A stretch of 64,000 nt of DNA from Piromyces finnis finn (lineage: Eukaryota; Fungi; Neocallimastigomycota), in the NCBI GenBank assembly GCA_002104945.1, contig MCFH01000001.1, positions 558,001 through 622,000 on the forward strand, given 5' to 3'. Each line of letters starts with the position of its first letter. The first letter of the stretch is position 1. The notes under the pieces are model-generated. The model ran no database searches and was not told the origin of the DNA. It was given only the letters and a program-made list of their open reading frames with translations. Below, piece after piece: positions 62,648 through 64,000 of the stretch. A program made the position numbers and the translations under genes.

Positions 62648-63793
62648 TTCTATATTTATATTTTTTGTTACTGTATTTTTATAATTGTCATAATGTCATA
62701 ATGGTAGATATTCTAATTATGATAATTAATTCTTAAATCCAGTCCAGCGTTAAATAACCCTCTTTCATGAAATACTTTTAAAAAAATCTTTTTTATTATG
62801 TGTTGTTAATAACGGTTAATCTTTTCATTAAACCATAAGGATTTTTTTTCATTACTCTATTAAGTATTCTTTATACATAAAATAATCATTATTACTTTAG
62901 AAATTAAACATATAATATAAAAAATAAGTTATCAAATTTATCTATCCATATAAAGTTGTCTTTTTTTAAACATTTCATAAATGCAATTTGTATTAAAAAT
63001 AGCAATAAAATAATTGTATAATTGTCATTTTCCTAATCTTTTTTTTTTAATATATATACTGTAACTTTATATACTATTCTTTTAATTTTAAAAATAAAAA
63101 AGTAAAAAAAAAAAAAAAAGACATTAAAATAATGTTCATTTGGTTAATTAATATAATTCCTTTTTTTTAAAAATAGGACTAACAAATAAAAAATAAAATT
63201 GGCATTGAATATTTTAATAGTTTATAACTTTTAAAATTCATAATAGAATCATCTTGACAATATGAAATTATAATACTAAAAAGTACATATTACTTTTTTA
63301 TTTTCTAATTAATTGTCATTAATACAAGTTTAATTAGACTAATATTCAAATTAACACAGTTTAATCTTTCTTTTTTTTTTTGTTTTTTGAACATTTATTG
63401 TCATAATTATATTATTCCTTCATATTTCTTTTTTTCTTTTTAATTAAAGGACTTTTTTACGAAAAGTAAAAAAAAAATTTAAACGAAATGAATATTTAAA
63501 TAGTATAATATATTATAATATATTAATAATATATTAGTCAATATAAAATTTTTGAAATTTTATTTTATAATTAAAAATTGAAAAAGTTTCTTTTTTTTTT
63601 CTATTTCTTTAGTGTAACTTTTTTTACCATTCTTTAGTATATAAATACCAAATTTTAACTTTTAAAAAAAAATATCAATAAAATAATTGAATCTTCAAAA
63701 AAAAAAAAAAAAAGAATACTTTAATTAGAATTAATTTTTTAAATAAAATTCAAACTATACCAATTTTAATTAATAAAAAACTAATTTCATAAA

Positions 63794-64000
63794 ATGGAAA
63801 GTTTAACTCAAGTTAATCATGCTATTGCCAAATCAGTTTCAGTTAATGCTGTTGCTGCTACTAAAGTTGCTGGTGTCAGAATGAATAAGTCTTCCCGTGC
63901 TATTCACACGACTCCAATGACTACTAGTGGTCTTAAGACAAATAAAAAGTCTTCCCTCCCATCTATTCAAACAAAGACCTATGCTACTCAAGCTTCAAGT
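63794..64000 (+). CDS. PFL: Pyruvate formate-lyase, N-terminal (hydrogenosomal presequence) portion, truncated by the window end
   Basis: Not in the ORF track. It reads MESLTQVNHAIAKSVSVNAVAATKVAGVRMNKSSRAIHT...QTKTYATQAS, which matches my recollection of the Neocallimastix/Piromyces PFL N-terminus (SVNAVAATKVAGVRM...KTYATQA). Codon bias suggests high expression. The catalytic part lies outside the window. Confidence 0.8.
   Translation, partial: MESLTQVNHAIAKSVSVNAVAATKVAGVRMNKSSRAIHTTPMTTSGLKTNKKSSLPSIQTKTYATQASS

Overview
Extremely AT-rich, intron-rich eukaryotic DNA with GT-AG introns and long (AAT)n/(AAAT)n tracts. It is most consistent with an anaerobic gut fungus (Neocallimastigomycota); the strongest clue is the pyruvate formate-lyase N-terminus at the right edge. 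The ORF track fragments most genes, so spliced models were rebuilt by hand. From left to right: a 5'-truncated Ser/Asn-rich ORF, guanylate kinase, a BRAP/ETP1 ubiquitin ligase, TFIIE-beta, a divergent actin-like protein, a coiled-coil membrane protein, an R3H-SUZ RNA-binding protein, a signal-anchored triple Ig-like protein, an Abi-family SH3 protein, an ABCA pseudogene, a PDP/Ptc5-type PP2C phosphatase, VPS18, a CatSper3-like channel, EXO84, a single-pass TM-SH3 protein and the start of PFL. No rRNA, tRNA, CRISPR array or intact transposon was seen. The most unusual observations are four: (1) an actin-like N-terminal extension built from 11 consecutive frame-preserving phase 1-1 exons, ten of them 9-33 nt; (2) an Abi homolog carrying duplicated WH2-like plus WASP/Las17 connector-like modules and polyproline repeats; (3) a CatSper3-like calcium channel subunit; (4) a PDH-phosphatase-type enzyme in a lineage thought to use PFL instead of PDH. 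All family assignments come from motif recognition by eye, not database searches.
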